A stretch of 64,000 nt of DNA. Origin: the human T2T-CHM13v2.0 reference genome, Homo sapiens. Numbering within the stretch: position 1 is the first letter of the stretch; each line of letters begins with the position of its first letter. The stretch lies in NCBI RefSeq assembly GCF_009914755.1, contig NC_060942.1. One strand, given 5' to 3'. Of this stretch, positions 1 through 14,500 are shown one piece after another. The translations under genes and the position numbers were made by a program. The notes below the pieces were generated by a model. It did no database searches. It was not told the DNA's origin and was given only the letters and a program-made list of their open reading frames with translations.

Positions 1-334
1 ATCTTTTATGCTGCTCACTCAGGAACTGTGGGGTCCCTCATGATCGATACCGGAGGGAAAGATCCCGGGAATTCTCGGGTCACAGGAGAACGCTCAAAAC
101 GTGCTGTCAACCAGAGGGGCCTCCTTGTTGGAATGAGTTAACACTCTGGTAATTTGGGCCTTTAGAAAGTGAAATAATATCACTAATAATGACGCCACCA
201 CCCAGCATCTATACGCACCTTTTTGCTTTCCAAGAACTTAAAGCACCTCACGTATACCTTTCTTCTAGATCTAAAAGTGTATATTAGGGATTTTGGGAAA
301 ACGCATTTTTGCTACTCCTAACCACAATACCCCC

Positions 335-348
335 GTTTCCATAGTAAC
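335..348. promoter_or_regulatory. RFX X-box-like motif GTTTCCATAGTAAC
   Basis: Quasi-palindromic 14-mer matching GTTNCCATRGYAAC; motif match only. Confidence 0.3.
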
Positions 349-2927
349 AAACAGGAAAACGAGGAAATAGGGACCCCAAACCCGGAAGCCTGGCTCAGGT
401 CACAGACACGTGACAGGACGGGATCCAATATGCTGCTGCCAGGGTTGGACATTTGTCATAAGACACTTGAGGTGTGTGCAAGTTGTGCTGTCTAGTAAAG
501 TAGAAACACTGAGAGCAGTAGGCAGGTGTCTGCGGGGTCGGAGAGGAAGGGCGCCATCGGGGAGGAGGCAGAAGGCGCGGATCCCACCCGGCACACTGAG
601 CACGCTGCCTGCCAGTAAGACGGGGCCTCTGTCCTGCCTGCCTGCCCCAGAGGACTGCGAGGTCAAACAAAACAATGAATATGAAAGCTCTACATACTTT
701 AAACAAACACGTGTTATTCATCATCATATTGTAAACCATCACAAATGTAGGACTATGCTAAAATAGTGCGGGAACAATGGCTTGCCTGGAAATGTCGTTT
801 GTCCTCACTTTTTCCGAGATATCAGCATGGCCACATACACATGCGGAGGTGAGCTGGCCGTGCTAAACTCACTGAGCAGCGGCTTACCGATTATCACCTG
901 GTCAAACGTAAACACAGCGAGGGATACGTTCCAGTAAGATGGATCTAAATTGAATCGGAAGTTATGTTCTACATGAAACTTTTCCATTATTTTTGGTATG
1001 ATTCATGAAATAGATCTTCATGAATTTTCATCTAATGGAAACATTTCTGTTTTAGTATTTGGCCATGAGTAGAATAGAACAGAATAATTTGGGGGGTTAT
1101 AAGGACGCACATGTTGGTTTGGTGTTCAACTCCTTCATTCTACAGTTCAGGCCTGAAGTCGAGAGAGCATAGCAGGTGTTCACAGACCACGCCATTATCT
1201 CATTCAAATTTACTTCATGGGAACATTCAGCTGCTCTGACGGAAGGGGGCTGCGTGTGTCACACAGCACACTTTGTGGCAGCACAAGCATCACGCTGTGA
1301 ACCACAGCGACTGGGCTGCCTTTGCTCACCCTCAGCTCAGTGCGCACCAGGCCACTCTTCTGTCTTTTGATCCGTGCAGCAGCCCAGGCACCTGATGGGG
1401 TCATGGGAGAAGTGCGTTGAGTCGTGGGTGGGGCATGGGCCTCGACTTCTCTTCAGTGGAAAGTCTATTTGTGTGTCTTCTCCAGGAGATGAAAGAGTCA
1501 CTGTCACGGCCCCTCCTTACCCCCTCCTCCCCCAATCTACTTAGTATGCCCAGAATATCTGGATGGATTTATATAGGTGCCCTCTCCTGTAAATCTTGTA
1601 ACGGTGGCATTCTTCATTCTCTGATCAGGTTCAGGAGAAAATTTCCACCACCGAACACCCTGCTGTTACAAATTCCCTCCGACCACGTCCCCGGGACGCT
1701 CCTGGATGCCCCTTCCTGCCCCTGAAGGGAGAGATTGTGGCCTTATCAGATGCAAGGCAGAGGATGAAGATTTTGTAAATTTTACTGTTACATAAAAATG
1801 AGCATTATCCCTTTCTTAAAGTGCTCCTACAATGGGAACACTCGTAAATAAAAGTTTATAAAATAAGACATATTTTTATTAATGTTTCCACATCATCATG
1901 TTCTGTGATTCCATCTGACTCACCTCTTTTAGAATCCACTCAGTTAACATTTATAGAGCTCTCCTCAAACCTAAGGCCAGCAAGACAACTGGACTGGGGG
2001 CTGCCGTGTCTCCCCAGCACACGCATGGCAGCTTGTGTTGACATCGGCAAATCACAAGGCATTGAAACGAAGCTCATCTTAGAAAACCAAGGCCACACGT
2101 GGCACTTGTGGAGAGTGGGTTTTCCACACTTCCCACGGCCACAGAACATCGTTCTGAGCCTCACATGGGTGTCACAGGCCTCCCTGGGACCTGCTGGACC
2201 TCCCAGGGAGTGGCCTCTTCAGATCTACCGTCCCTGCAGACATGAGAGCCAGCCCCGTTCCAAGGTGAGTCACAAGTAATGTCCCGCGGGTGACGAGGTG
2301 CTCACATTTGTGGGTGATTTATATTTGCATGAATTAAGCTGTATGTAATATTGTGCAAGAATAACACTCACTCACTCTGACTCACACTGGTGCTTCCCAA
2401 TCATCTTTCTAGACTGAGAGAGTCATGGTGCTTCAGCCAGATGTCCTGGGACTGGGTGTAGCCCATAACCTGCCCATCTGCACGGTAAATGTGCAAACAC
2501 CATCACTCACCATGTGGGGGCAGGGAAGCCGTCTCCGCAGACAGCGAGGGAAGCTTCCGCCCAGCCATGGGGCACAGCTGTCAACGTGGCCCAGAGACCA
2601 GCATCCCCGCTTGCTCCATCCTCCTGAGGTCCATCATGCCCGTTTCCCCATCTTCATGTGGTAAATTCACGTGATGGCGATGGGTTGACTATGTCATAAC
2701 AGACACACAGATGATGCCCTTGGAAAAGATACAAACCCAAGCATGCAACCATCCCTGTTAGTCTCACTTTGCTTCTGTGGGCCAGATGAGCTCAATGTTG
2801 ATTCACTCTAGGACAATGGCCCCTCTCAGTTGAAGAAAGACTATTTTGTTGCCAGAGAAATCTCCTAGCATAAGGAAATTAGAAATGTCTTCTCATTTTT
2901 AATAAATCCCAAAGTCCACACCATATT

Positions 2928-4005
2928 CTACATGTATACAGGAAGCAATGTGAGTTACTGTTACAGCCTTAGTCCTACGTGTATACAGGAAGCAATGTGA
3001 GTTACTGTTACAGCCTTAGTCCTATGTGTATACAGGAAGCAATGTGAGTTACTGTTGCAGCCTTAGTCCTACCTGTATACAGGAAGCAATGTGAGTTACT
3101 GTCCTAGCCTTAGTCCTACATGTATACAGGAAGCAATGTGAGTTACTGTTGCAGCCTTAGTCCTACCTGTATACAGGAAGCAATGTGAGTTACTGTCCTA
3201 GCCTTAGTCCTACGTGTATACAGGAAGCAATGTGAGTTACTGTTACAGCCTTAGTCCTACGTGTATACAGGAAGCAATGTGAGTTACTGTTACAGCCTTA
3301 GTCCTACGTGTATACAGGAAGCAATGTGAGTTACTGTTACAGCCTTAGTCCTACGTGTATACAGGAAGCAATGTGAGTTACTGTCATAGCCTTAGTCCTA
3401 CGTGTATACAGGAAGCAATGTGAGTTACTGTTACAGCCTTAGTCCTATGTGTATACAGGAAGCAATGTGAGTTACTGTTACAGCCTTAGTCCTATGTGTA
3501 TACAGGAAGCAATGTGAGTTACTGTTACAGCCTTAGTCCTATGTGTATACAGGAAGCAATGTGAGTTACTGTTACAGCCTTAGTCCTATGTGTATACAGG
3601 AAGCAATGTGAGTTACTGTTACAGCCTTAGTCCTATGTGTATACAGGAAGCAATGTGAGTTACTGTTACAGCCTTAGTCCTATGTGTATACAGGAAGCAA
3701 TGTGAGTTACTGTTACAGCCTTAGTCCTACGTGTATACAGGAAGCAATGTGAGTTACTGTTACAGCCTTAGTCCTATGTGTATACAGGAAGCAATGTGAG
3801 TTACTGTTACAGCCTTAGTCCTATGTGTATACAGGAAGCAATGTGAGTTACTGTTACAGCCTTAGTTCTATGTGTATACAGGAAGCAATGTGAGTTACTG
3901 TTACAGCCTTAGTTCTATGTGTATACAGGAAGCAATGTGAGTTACTGTTACAGTCTTAGTTCTATGTGTCTACAGGAAGCAATGTGAATTACTGTTGTAG
4001 CCTTA
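2928..4005. repeat. Minisatellite, 47-bp unit, ~23 copies
   Basis: Unit GTGTATACAGGAAGCAATGTGAGTTACTGTTACAGCCTTAGTCCTAY; GGAAGC at 2941 and 2988 gives period 47; copies near-identical. Confidence 0.97.
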
Positions 4006-5360
4006 ATGTGTCCGGCTTCCTGCGTACTTTCAGGCTGCTCCTGGAGACACTTTTTCTCTCTTCTTCCCTTGGGCTTCCCAGAACCTGGCCACTCTCTTCA
4101 GTTGTCGCAGCTGCAGTCGCACAGAGAGGAAAAGGCCAACCATTGACAGGTTCTGCACCCGCTTCTGCCTTGCTTTCCTCATCAGAAGGGAGACGGAAGT
4201 GAGATGCCTAGGATGGCCGACATTCTCCTTGCTGTGCACCTGTACCCAGCTGAGCCCCTGGCCCTTCTCCCTGACTCGGGGACACTCTCCAGAGCTGCTT
4301 GCACGCTCCCTGAGGCCGTCTGCCCTAGAGTAGCCCACCTGGCCTCTCGTGAGCCTCTCCAGGTTCCTGGGCTGGGTCACAATGCTTCTTTGAACTCTCA
4401 GACCCAGCCACCCCAGCTCCGATGCTTTGTTCTTCTTCCACCTGGGAAACTCCTGTTTCTGCCTCAAGACCCTGCAAAGCCTGCCCTCTCTCAGGAGCTC
4501 TTTCTGCCAGCCCTGGTGCCTCCACAAGCCTAGACCGCCCTCCACCCCTACACGCTGTGCAAGCCTGTGTGTCTGCGCTCACTGTCCTGTGTGGTCCCGG
4601 CAGCTGTCCTCACCCGGGCCTCATGGTATTTGGAGGAACGGTCTTCATCTCCAGCTCTGTGCTTTGGGGACTCGTGCAGGGGCTGGAAGTCAGGAGTTCA
4701 TAAATGCTTGTTGGATGAAGTACTGAGTAGAACGTCCTGGCGAGTGACAAGGGTCACTGACCCACAACTGTGACTCCCAACCCGCAAATTCCCGGGCTCT
4801 CGAGATTCAGCAGCCCATAGTGCGTGGAGGTGCTGGAGCATGACTTTGATAAAATTGCTGTACTCGTGTGTATAAGACACGAAAGCCGAGGCCTGGCTGA
4901 TCTGCGTCCTCCCCCGTCAGGGCTGTGCAGGCCTCGGTGCGAACGCTGCAGCTCCATCAGCAGCCATGACTCTCACAGCTGCACAGGGGACCCTGGTGGT
5001 CCATCGATGGGGTCCTCAAACGTCAGAGACATCAATAAAAGAATTAATTGCATTTTAATTATTTTTTAAAAACCTCATCATTTTCCTGAAGCCGGAAACG
5101 ATGGCTCTGCCTGTCCCTTGGTTTACAGGCCTGCTAAGGAAGGCGCCGACGTCCCTCCGAGAAGCAAGCTGTCTTTCATGCCTCGCAGCCTCGCAGAGGA
5201 CATGGAGCAGGCCACCCCCAAGGACTTCCAGAGACCAGCCAGCCCCGTCCACACCTGGACAAAGCTGAAAACAGCCAGGCGGACACACCGCCTTCCTTCC
5301 CCAGGCCCGTCGGTTACACCCGAAGAACCACCAGTCCGTCCAGAAAGCACCCAAGGGCCC

Positions 5361-5409
5361 ACACCGCCAGGGGAGTCGGCGAGCGTTCACACTGCCAGGG
5401 GAGTCGGCT
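5361..5409. repeat. Short tandem duplication (~29-bp period, 2 copies)
   Basis: CACACYGCCAGGGGAGTCGGC occurs twice. Confidence 0.7.
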
Positions 5410-5916
5410 GCAGGCTGAAGTGCTGGGCACGTTGGGAAGGGGAGGTCTCTGTGAGAACACAGACACTGGAGGTCCTGAGTTGTGTCCTGACATCACAGTT
5501 CCCTGGGCCTTGTTCTCGGATTCCAGTCTTTCCTCCTCTTCGCAGCTCGGGTGTCTGTGTTGGGGATCCCCTGGAGAGTGCATTTCTGAGGGCACCGAGA
5601 CCCTATGTGCAGTGGGAGGCTGCAGCTGATGCCCCCGGGGATTTCCTCCAGTGTTTCTTCTAGGGTCCCCCCACCCCTGTCATCCCATCTCATAGACGCC
5701 TCTAGGCGATGCCCACCGGGGGCTGCAGCTCCACCCGCAGCTGGGGGCCACATCAACATGACTGCGCCTCCCGCTGGCACCAGACACCACCACTCACCAC
5801 TGCTTGCTTGAAAATAGCCCCAAAAGAACATAGATTCCAACATGTATTTCCATGAGAATAAAGGAAGTCTGAAAAATCCATGTAGAGTTACTTCGCACCA
5901 TGTGAAAATCAATAAA

Positions 5917-7357
<1,441 letters not shown>

Positions 7358-7429
7358 ATGAAATGTGTGTGTGTGTTTGTTTGTTTGTTTTTAATCTCAC
7401 ATCCCACATCCCGCAGTTTTTCCTCCTCG

Positions 7430-8440
7430 TCACAGGCCTGGCCACGTTGCGGCATTCATGATTTCCTTCATGAGCAGCGGCATTTCCCATCGGGTGGACA
7501 GGTGGGCCTGGGCTGCACCTTGTTCTGCTCTACTCGGAGCGGCCCCTCTGTCCCTGTGGCATCGCCTCTCGGCTCCCGGCCGGCTGGGCTCCCTGTGTCA
7601 CCGACTCCCAGGAGAGGCTTCCGAGGCTGCTTTGCCTTCTCTCCAGGCCCGGCTGCGAGGGCTGCCTCGCCAGGGACGGGACAAACCCCGCAGAGGGGGC
7701 CGTGGGGAACCCTGAAGGGAACCGGGCAGGGCGGGAGAGACAGATGGCCTGAATTTCCCACCGATCGCCGAGCGGCACATTGGCCGGGGCCGTGATGGAT
7801 GAAGAGTCCTTCAGCCTCAGTCCCATGGCGCGGGGCTTTGCGCAGATGCTCAGCGGGGGCCACCGGCCTGGCTTTGCTGAAACACGGGAAGGGCCCCCAG
7901 CCCTGGGTTCGCGCCCCTGCGAGGCGCTCCTTCCCTTGGCGCCTGGGGCCCGCGCGGCCGTTTCCCTCCCCGCACCCACCGCAGTGCAGACCCGGAGCCC
8001 AGGCCTCCTGCAGGCGGGTCACCTCCCTCTCAGTTCAGCTGGATCTTCCCGGTGCCTGACCGTGGCCACCCTCTCGGAAACTGTTTTAAAGTCACCTTCG
8101 GGTCCTTCCAGACCTGTTGTGCCTGTTGCAGGTCGGAAACGCACCCCGTCTGGAAGCGCAGGCCCCTTAGGGAGGCTGCAGGGCGCCCCGGCCCGCCTGG
8201 GGCTGGGGAGGGCGGCTGGGAAGGAGGCACCGAGCAGCACTTGGCCCCGGGCGGCGGCGAGGACAGAGGGAAGCCAGGGAGCGTCCGAGGGAACCACACC
8301 CGCGTGTGTCAGGGCCGCAGTGGAGGAGGCTGCAGGGAGCCCCCTAAGTGGGATTCAAGGTCGTGATTCCCAGGCACACGCTCCGTTACACGCCGGGTGG
8401 CACGGACATTGCCCGTCTGCCCTCTTCCGTGTCTCCATTG
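7430..8440. promoter_or_regulatory. CpG-island-like GC-rich block (possible promoter or enhancer)
   Basis: Visibly high GC and dense CpG (e.g. GGCCCGCGCGGCCG, CCGATCGCCGAGCGG, GGGCGGCGGCG) in non-repeat sequence; o/e ratio not computed. Confidence 0.7.
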
Positions 8441-8451
8441 GAGTATGAGAT

Positions 8452-9095
8452 CACACCACACAGCACACACCACACAGCACACACCACACAGCACACACCA
8501 CACAGCACACACACCACACAGCACACACCAGACACCACACAGCACACACCACACCACACAGCACACACCAGACACACACCACACAGCACACACCACACAG
8601 CACACACCACACAGCACACACCACACCACACAGCACACACCACACAGCGCATAGCACACAGCACACCACACAGCACACACCACACAGCACACACACCACA
8701 CACCAGACACACACCACACAGCACACACCACACAGCACACACCACACAGCACACACCACACAGCACACACCACACAGCGCATAGCACACACTACACAGCA
8801 CACACCACACCACACAGCACACACCACACTGCACACACCACACACCACACACCATAGACCACCCACACACCACACACACCCCACACCACACACCACACAC
8901 CACACACTACCCACACACCACCCACACACCACACACACACCACACACCACACACCACCCACACAGCACACACCACACACCACCCACACACCACACACCAC
9001 ACCACACACACCACACACACCACACACCACAGCACACACCATGCCACACACCACACACCACACCCCACACCACACACCACCCACATACCACACAG
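8452..9095. repeat. CA-rich low-complexity repeat (CACACCACACAG-type units)
   Basis: About 640 bp made almost only of C and A; 14-bp CACACCACACAGCA units grading into CACAC/CCACA. Confidence 0.95.
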
Positions 9096-9939
9096 CATTT
9101 TCTGGACTGGCAGTGACTCCGGCCTTTCCTGCAGGTTCTTCCCAGGAGCAGGCCTGGCCTCACCGCCGCCGAAACCAGACCCAGCACAAGCCAGTGCATG
9201 CAAGGGGATGTTGATTTCACATTTCCTCTCTGAATCCATTAATATTTTATGAGGCCACACAGAGGGTTCTTGCACTAGATGTTTCTCTCTCTTTTTAATC
9301 ATGTAATGTGCTATAAAGCATGATATATTGACAAGAGGGAAGGGAAACCAAAGTTTGTTTAGCTCAGAGGGGGGAAAGCCAAACACACATTTTGAAGATT
9401 ACAACAGACATCCCTGAGGCTGAAGGGTCGCTCAGGTCATTTGACGTCTTGACAAACGAGTCTGTTCTCTTCTGGTTTCACAGCTGGAGTTGTGGGCACG
9501 TCCCAGCAAAGGGACACCGTTCACAGAAATAGCATAACCTTCCCAGCACGGGTGCCCCAGCCTCCAGCCAGACCACAGGCCAGCTCCTTTCTGAGACCAG
9601 AGGCCAGCACTGTTCTCAAAAGAGGGAAGGGTAAGCAGCCCCCAAAGCTGACCATGAATACTCCAAACACGTCGTCCAGTCTCCTCTCTCTCCTCAGCCC
9701 CCAGGCTCCAGCCGCCCCTCTGCAGTACCTCCTGGTATCCCAGATTCCAAACTGGATGGTCCTCAAGGGCTGCCGTGACTCCCCTCTCCGGCCTCACCAC
9801 TCACCCGCTCATGGGGGAGCGTGGGGACTGCTGGGAGCTCCAGAGGCATTTGCAGCACGGGAGAGCCAGTTCCCACTTCAGAGTGACTGCCACTGTCACG
9901 GGCACCGCCCCCTCGGTGCCAGGTGCATTACTGAAGAGT

Positions 9940-10316
9940 GAGGCCAGCCCCTAGTGTGGACAGTCCAGAGGGAGAGTAGAGTGAGCCCCGCCGTGTGCAC
10001 AGTCCAGATGGGCAGTAAGGCCAGCTCCCCAGTGTAGAAAATCAAGATGATGAGTAAGTGGATTATCCAGTGTAGACAATCATGATAAGGAATAAGGTAA
10101 ACTCCCCAGTGTAGACAGTCAAGATGAGTAGTAAGTAAACTAGTAAACTCCCAGTGTTGACACTGATGTGGGTAAGAAGATGAGTTCCCCGGTGTAGATA
10201 GATGAGATGGATATTAAGGTGAGCTCCCAGTGTAGACAGCTGGGATGGGGAGTAAGTGAGCTCCCACTGTAGACAGTCTAGGTGGGTAATAAGGTGAGCT
10301 CCCACTGTAGACAGTT
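9940..10316. repeat. Old, highly diverged minisatellite, ~38-39-bp period, ~10 copies
   Basis: Core (CTCCCA)GTGTAGACAG recurs at about 9954, 9993, 10032, 10070, 10109, 10154, 10192, 10230, 10267 and 10305. Confidence 0.85.
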
Positions 10317-10421
10317 GAAAATCTTGATTCATCATTTTTATTTAAAATGCAGAAATGCAGTAGATTCCCTGCATTAGTGAACAAGCATTTGTTGCTTTTG
10401 TGACTTGTGAACAGTGTCACA

Positions 10422-10621
10422 CTTCTGAGACATGAAATAACAGGCCATTTGCTGATCCCATCTGAAGTGAGGTTGGCGTGTGAAAGTGTCTGAGCTACAG
10501 AATGGGTTGGCCAAGCCCCCTTCTGAGACATGAAATAACAGGCCATTTGCTGATCCCATGCGAAGTGAGGTTCTGTGTGAGAGAAAGTATCTGAGCTAGA
10601 GAATGGGTTGGCCAAGCCCCC
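10422..10621. repeat. Tandem duplication, ~98-bp unit x2
   Basis: CTTCTGAGACATGAAATAACAGGCCATTTGCTGATCCCAT...GAATGGGTTGGCCAAGCCCC at 10422 and 10520. Confidence 0.93.
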
Positions 10622-11329
10622 TGCAGCTCAGTTCAGCGGGCTTTTTTCTTCTTTCCTCCTTGTCAGACATACATTTTACCAGTTAATTTAGAAACTGCAG
10701 GGATAGTCACCAATAAGAGGATTCCAAACTGTTAAGAATTAGAAAGTGAGGTTATATGGGAAACAAAACACGTCATTGTAACCACAGAGTGGCTCAAGTC
10801 TATGTAGGGTGAGAATGAATTTCAAATCCTTTCAAACACTGTGAGAAGCTGATCTTGATGTTCTTTTGAAGTTTTCAGCTGGCAGCGAGCTGAGCTGAGG
10901 CTGGCACGCCTCTCCTGGGTCCTGTCACGTGAAGAGGGGGAAGTCCTCCAAGGCTCCTGTGGACAGACAGCAGGGGCACTTTCCCAGCTAAAGCACGAGC
11001 TCTGGCATAGGTCTCTGCATCCAACTTGAATAGACCACATCAGCTTCTCCCCAGGTGATAGTTCCCCCAAGCAGAATGCACATTGCCAGAGTCCCTCCGC
11101 TAATTTGTACTCCTCTGTTGTGATAGGAAATGCGAGTTCCTTGGCTGGCATTCCTATTTCCCACCTTTTCCCTGATTTCCTTTGAAGTGGCGATATGCCC
11201 AGCTATCACCTTTATTTCCAGCCTGTCTCGCACCTAGGAATTTCCAAAAAATGTAATTTACAGTGATAGAGTGAAGTTTCCAATAAAGGAACTTGAATTT
11301 TGTGCCCCCTTTGCCTTTCTCTACATCTT

Positions 11330-11590
11330 TCTTCTTCTGACCTGGAATGTGAAAATGATGGCTAGAAGTCAGCAAGCATCTTGTGACCACAGGGTAACTT
11401 CGGGGAGAGAAAGCAAGGAGGCATTAAGGATGGCGGGACCGAGAGATTAAAGGAGCTTGGGATGTCGTGGACTTACCGCACCAGCCCTGAATTGCTTGTC
11501 TCCAGACTTCTCATGAGAAAAAAAAAATCTAATTTATTTAAGCCATGATCATTTGGGGTCTCTACTACCCTACTACAGCCAAACACCATT
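11330..11590 (+). mobile_element. Old MaLR LTR fragment (MLT1J/K-like)
   Basis: CCTGGAATGTG...GATGGCT...CATCTTGTGACCA...CTCCAGACTTCT...TTTAAGCCA...TTTGGGGTCTCT...CAGCCAAAC resembles the 3' half of old MLT1 LTRs. Confidence 0.65.
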
Positions 11591-14500
11591 TGTAAATGGC
11601 ACATTGTACTTTTTAATCTTAAGAAAACAATGGACATATGTTTCACATTTCACCTTAATCATACAGCTGTAGCAACACCAGCCTGCAACATCTCATTATC
11701 TAAGGGCAGCTTCACTCTAATGAACTAATAGATACCAACGAGTGAATGTATCACTCCTGCTAATTAGTTGTTGTGTTTTCAAATAGGGTCTTCTGGAGTG
11801 ATGACTTTACCTGTAGCAGTGAAATTTTGTCACTTGGCAGGCTAAGACAGATGCTGGGGTATATGAGTAATTTAGGTCTCATTAAGTCATAGTGTATAGG
11901 TGGCACCTTAGCTTTCTGTGTGCTGGCCCAGCCTTTAACCAAAACAGCTTAAAGACTGGGCCTTTAGAGGCTGAGTAAAGGCCCAGTTCTACCAAAAACG
12001 GTATACCCTACCCTGATTGCACTAGACAGGAAGATGCTACCTGAAGCAGGATGACTCACAGAGAATATAGCAGAGCAAAGGCAGAAGTGCAGACGAGTAG
12101 GATATGACTGGAATTTGAGGAACTACATTTCTCAAGTTATCACTGTCTGTCCAAGAGTTTTGACCACAAATTAATAGAGTTCCCTTTTTTTAATTGTGAT
12201 TAACAAACATCAGACCAGCTTAAACATCAGTTAGACAGTCTATGCATAATGTGTACCTTTTCATCAGAAAGACGGTGCAGACACAGAAGGGCTGGAATCC
12301 ATCAGGGTCAGCAACTGAGGAAGATGAATGGAAGAGCAGGGGAGTAATTTGCTGCCATCCATGAAAAATGCGCTGGCAGAGAGTCTCGGGGACTTGCCAA
12401 GCCCCCTTTTAGAGCGTTGTCCAACGCTAATTGTCACTCCAGATTTGATATTCACATTAGCCACAACAAGTGTTTCCAGTTTGGAATCCCTAAGAACTCT
12501 TCAAATATCTGGCATCCATGTGTTAAACAAAAATTTTCTTCTAGCTGAATTTGTTTATAAGTTATGAGTGGGACGTTAACAAAGCTTTCCGTTGACCAGC
12601 ACAGCGCTCATTAACCAATAACAAAGGCTTAGCAGGCAGCGTATGATCTCAGGAGTCATTTAAAAATTAAAAGGGACAATAATGCTGATCTAAATGGTCA
12701 GTTTCCTTGCTCTCTGCAGAGACAGGTACTGTATCTGTTCTTAATTTGAAGAGTAGCCAGCTGGCTCCCCACTGAAATGTGATATTGTTATAAACAAACT
12801 AGCATCATAAAGCAATTGAGCAAGGAAGGCCCTCTGGAAGGAGGGGACTGCCTTTGAGTTATTCAGACAGATAAAGAGGGGCCAGGATTGCCCTGCGAAG
12901 CAAAGCAGGATGTGAAAAGCAGCTACGGCGGGGCTGTCAGGCAGCAATAGCAGCATCCAGCTGGTCTCCTTGCACACAGCAGCAGGTGTATTTATTATAT
13001 CAAGAATCCAACTCCTCAGTGCACATTATAGGAGCCACCTCTTTCCATTAAATAACAACATAATCAATTGCATGAATCATGGCTGAAAGAAACGTTACCT
13101 TGCAAAGGTGGATGGTCTGGCAGAAATCTTGCCACCATTCTAAGGGGATTTAGAAAAACCTGTGAAGTTAGAGTAAGAGGAAGTTGAAATTCTATCAAGA
13201 ACCTTCTATTTTTCACCCCAGCCTGAAGGCGGGGATGATAACCACAGACGTATAGTTGGCCTCTTAGGGCTGACGAAACAAGTGTGATGTTTGACAGTAA
13301 TAGCAGTTACATAATTCACTTCCTACTTAAGTTTTTAATAGTACTTGGGCACACACACATGAGTAATGGAGGAAAGAAAAAATTGGGTGAGCCTAATTTC
13401 TCATAGCAATCTCCACACAGCTGGATGTTTCTCAAATATTTTAAAGTGTTTTGATCAGTTAAAAAGATTTAAAGCATTATTTTCTCAGAAATTCTGACAA
13501 AATGTTTCTACGAAATTAACTAGTTGTTCTAAATTACATATTATTTCATTAATTGCCAATACAGGTTATATTTTTAAAGCAAAATCACATTAACAATCCT
13601 TTCATGTAAGAATCTTCCATTTCCAAAATTCTTTGGTAATGTAACTTGCAAAATAATCTGTATCCTCTCAGCTTTCAAACTTCTGTCTATTGGGCTGTTC
13701 ATCCAAATAAGTGTGAATTAATTAGATCCATAATTCCACATTAATTTTGCAATTACAATGAAAAATATTACAATACCACCTTTTGTGTAGTAATTTAAGC
13801 TTCAGGTGTGAGTTTATTGTTCCTCAAAATGGGCCAGGAGAGGAAAATAAAGGAGCTAGGACCAGGCACACAATTTTCCTGCCTTGGAGGGCACAGGTGC
13901 TGGAGAAAGTGGCCCAGGAGCAGAGGGTGACTGTTGAGGGCCACAGGTGAGCAGATGAGACGGGCATCCAAGGGAGTAGCCAGCAGCATGTTGATTCCGG
14001 CCAGAGAGTACCAGGGAGATTCAGCTGGATGGAGCAGCGTCCACAGGGTGGTCTCTACAGTTGGAATCCACACAGGTCCCAGTACCTGGGCCTGGGAACC
14101 AGGACTCTGAGCTGTCGAGAGGTGAACTTGACGACGGCACGAAGAGCATGGGCCACGCCCGAGTCCGTGAGGTCAGGACCCTGTGGAGGAGGCTGGGAAG
14201 GGTGGCAGGGGTTTCCCCAGGAACCAGTGCGGAAGGCAAGTGTGGACATCCCCAGGACAGGACCCTCAGTGGTCAGGGGGCTGAGTCTCGTTCCTACCAC
14301 AGCCCTCCTCAGCGTGTGCAATGCCTAGGAGGGGGTGGCCATGTCTTTGTGGGTGCTCAGCAGGTGCCTGGTGCGCAGATGACAGAACGTGGAGTGGAGC
14401 AGAGTCAGAAAGGGGCCTGAGGGAGGTGCGCGTGGCCTTGGCACATGGAGTCACGCACCAGGGCAGGAGACCGCATCAGCACCCTTAGAGCCGCGGGCAG

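Noticed and set aside
2928-4005. CRISPR array
   Set aside because: Head-to-tail near-identical units with no unique spacers
4030-4545. 171-aa minus-strand ORF
   Set aside because: No recognisable homology or supporting splice/promoter structure
5690-5780. Cluster of CTCF-like motifs (e.g. CCAGCGGGAGGCGC on the minus strand)
   Set aside because: Two or more core mismatches each; common by chance at this GC content
7468-8448. Overlapping 150-222-aa ORFs in the CpG island
   Set aside because: Expected from stop-codon scarcity at high GC; present on both strands with no family resemblance
8309-9386. Cys/Val/Trp-rich and His/Thr/Pro-rich ORFs
   Set aside because: Translations of the CA-rich low-complexity tract
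9940-10316. CRISPR-like repeat/spacer appearance
   Set aside because: Primate context, no cas genes, the repeats are degenerate and the 'spacers' resemble each other
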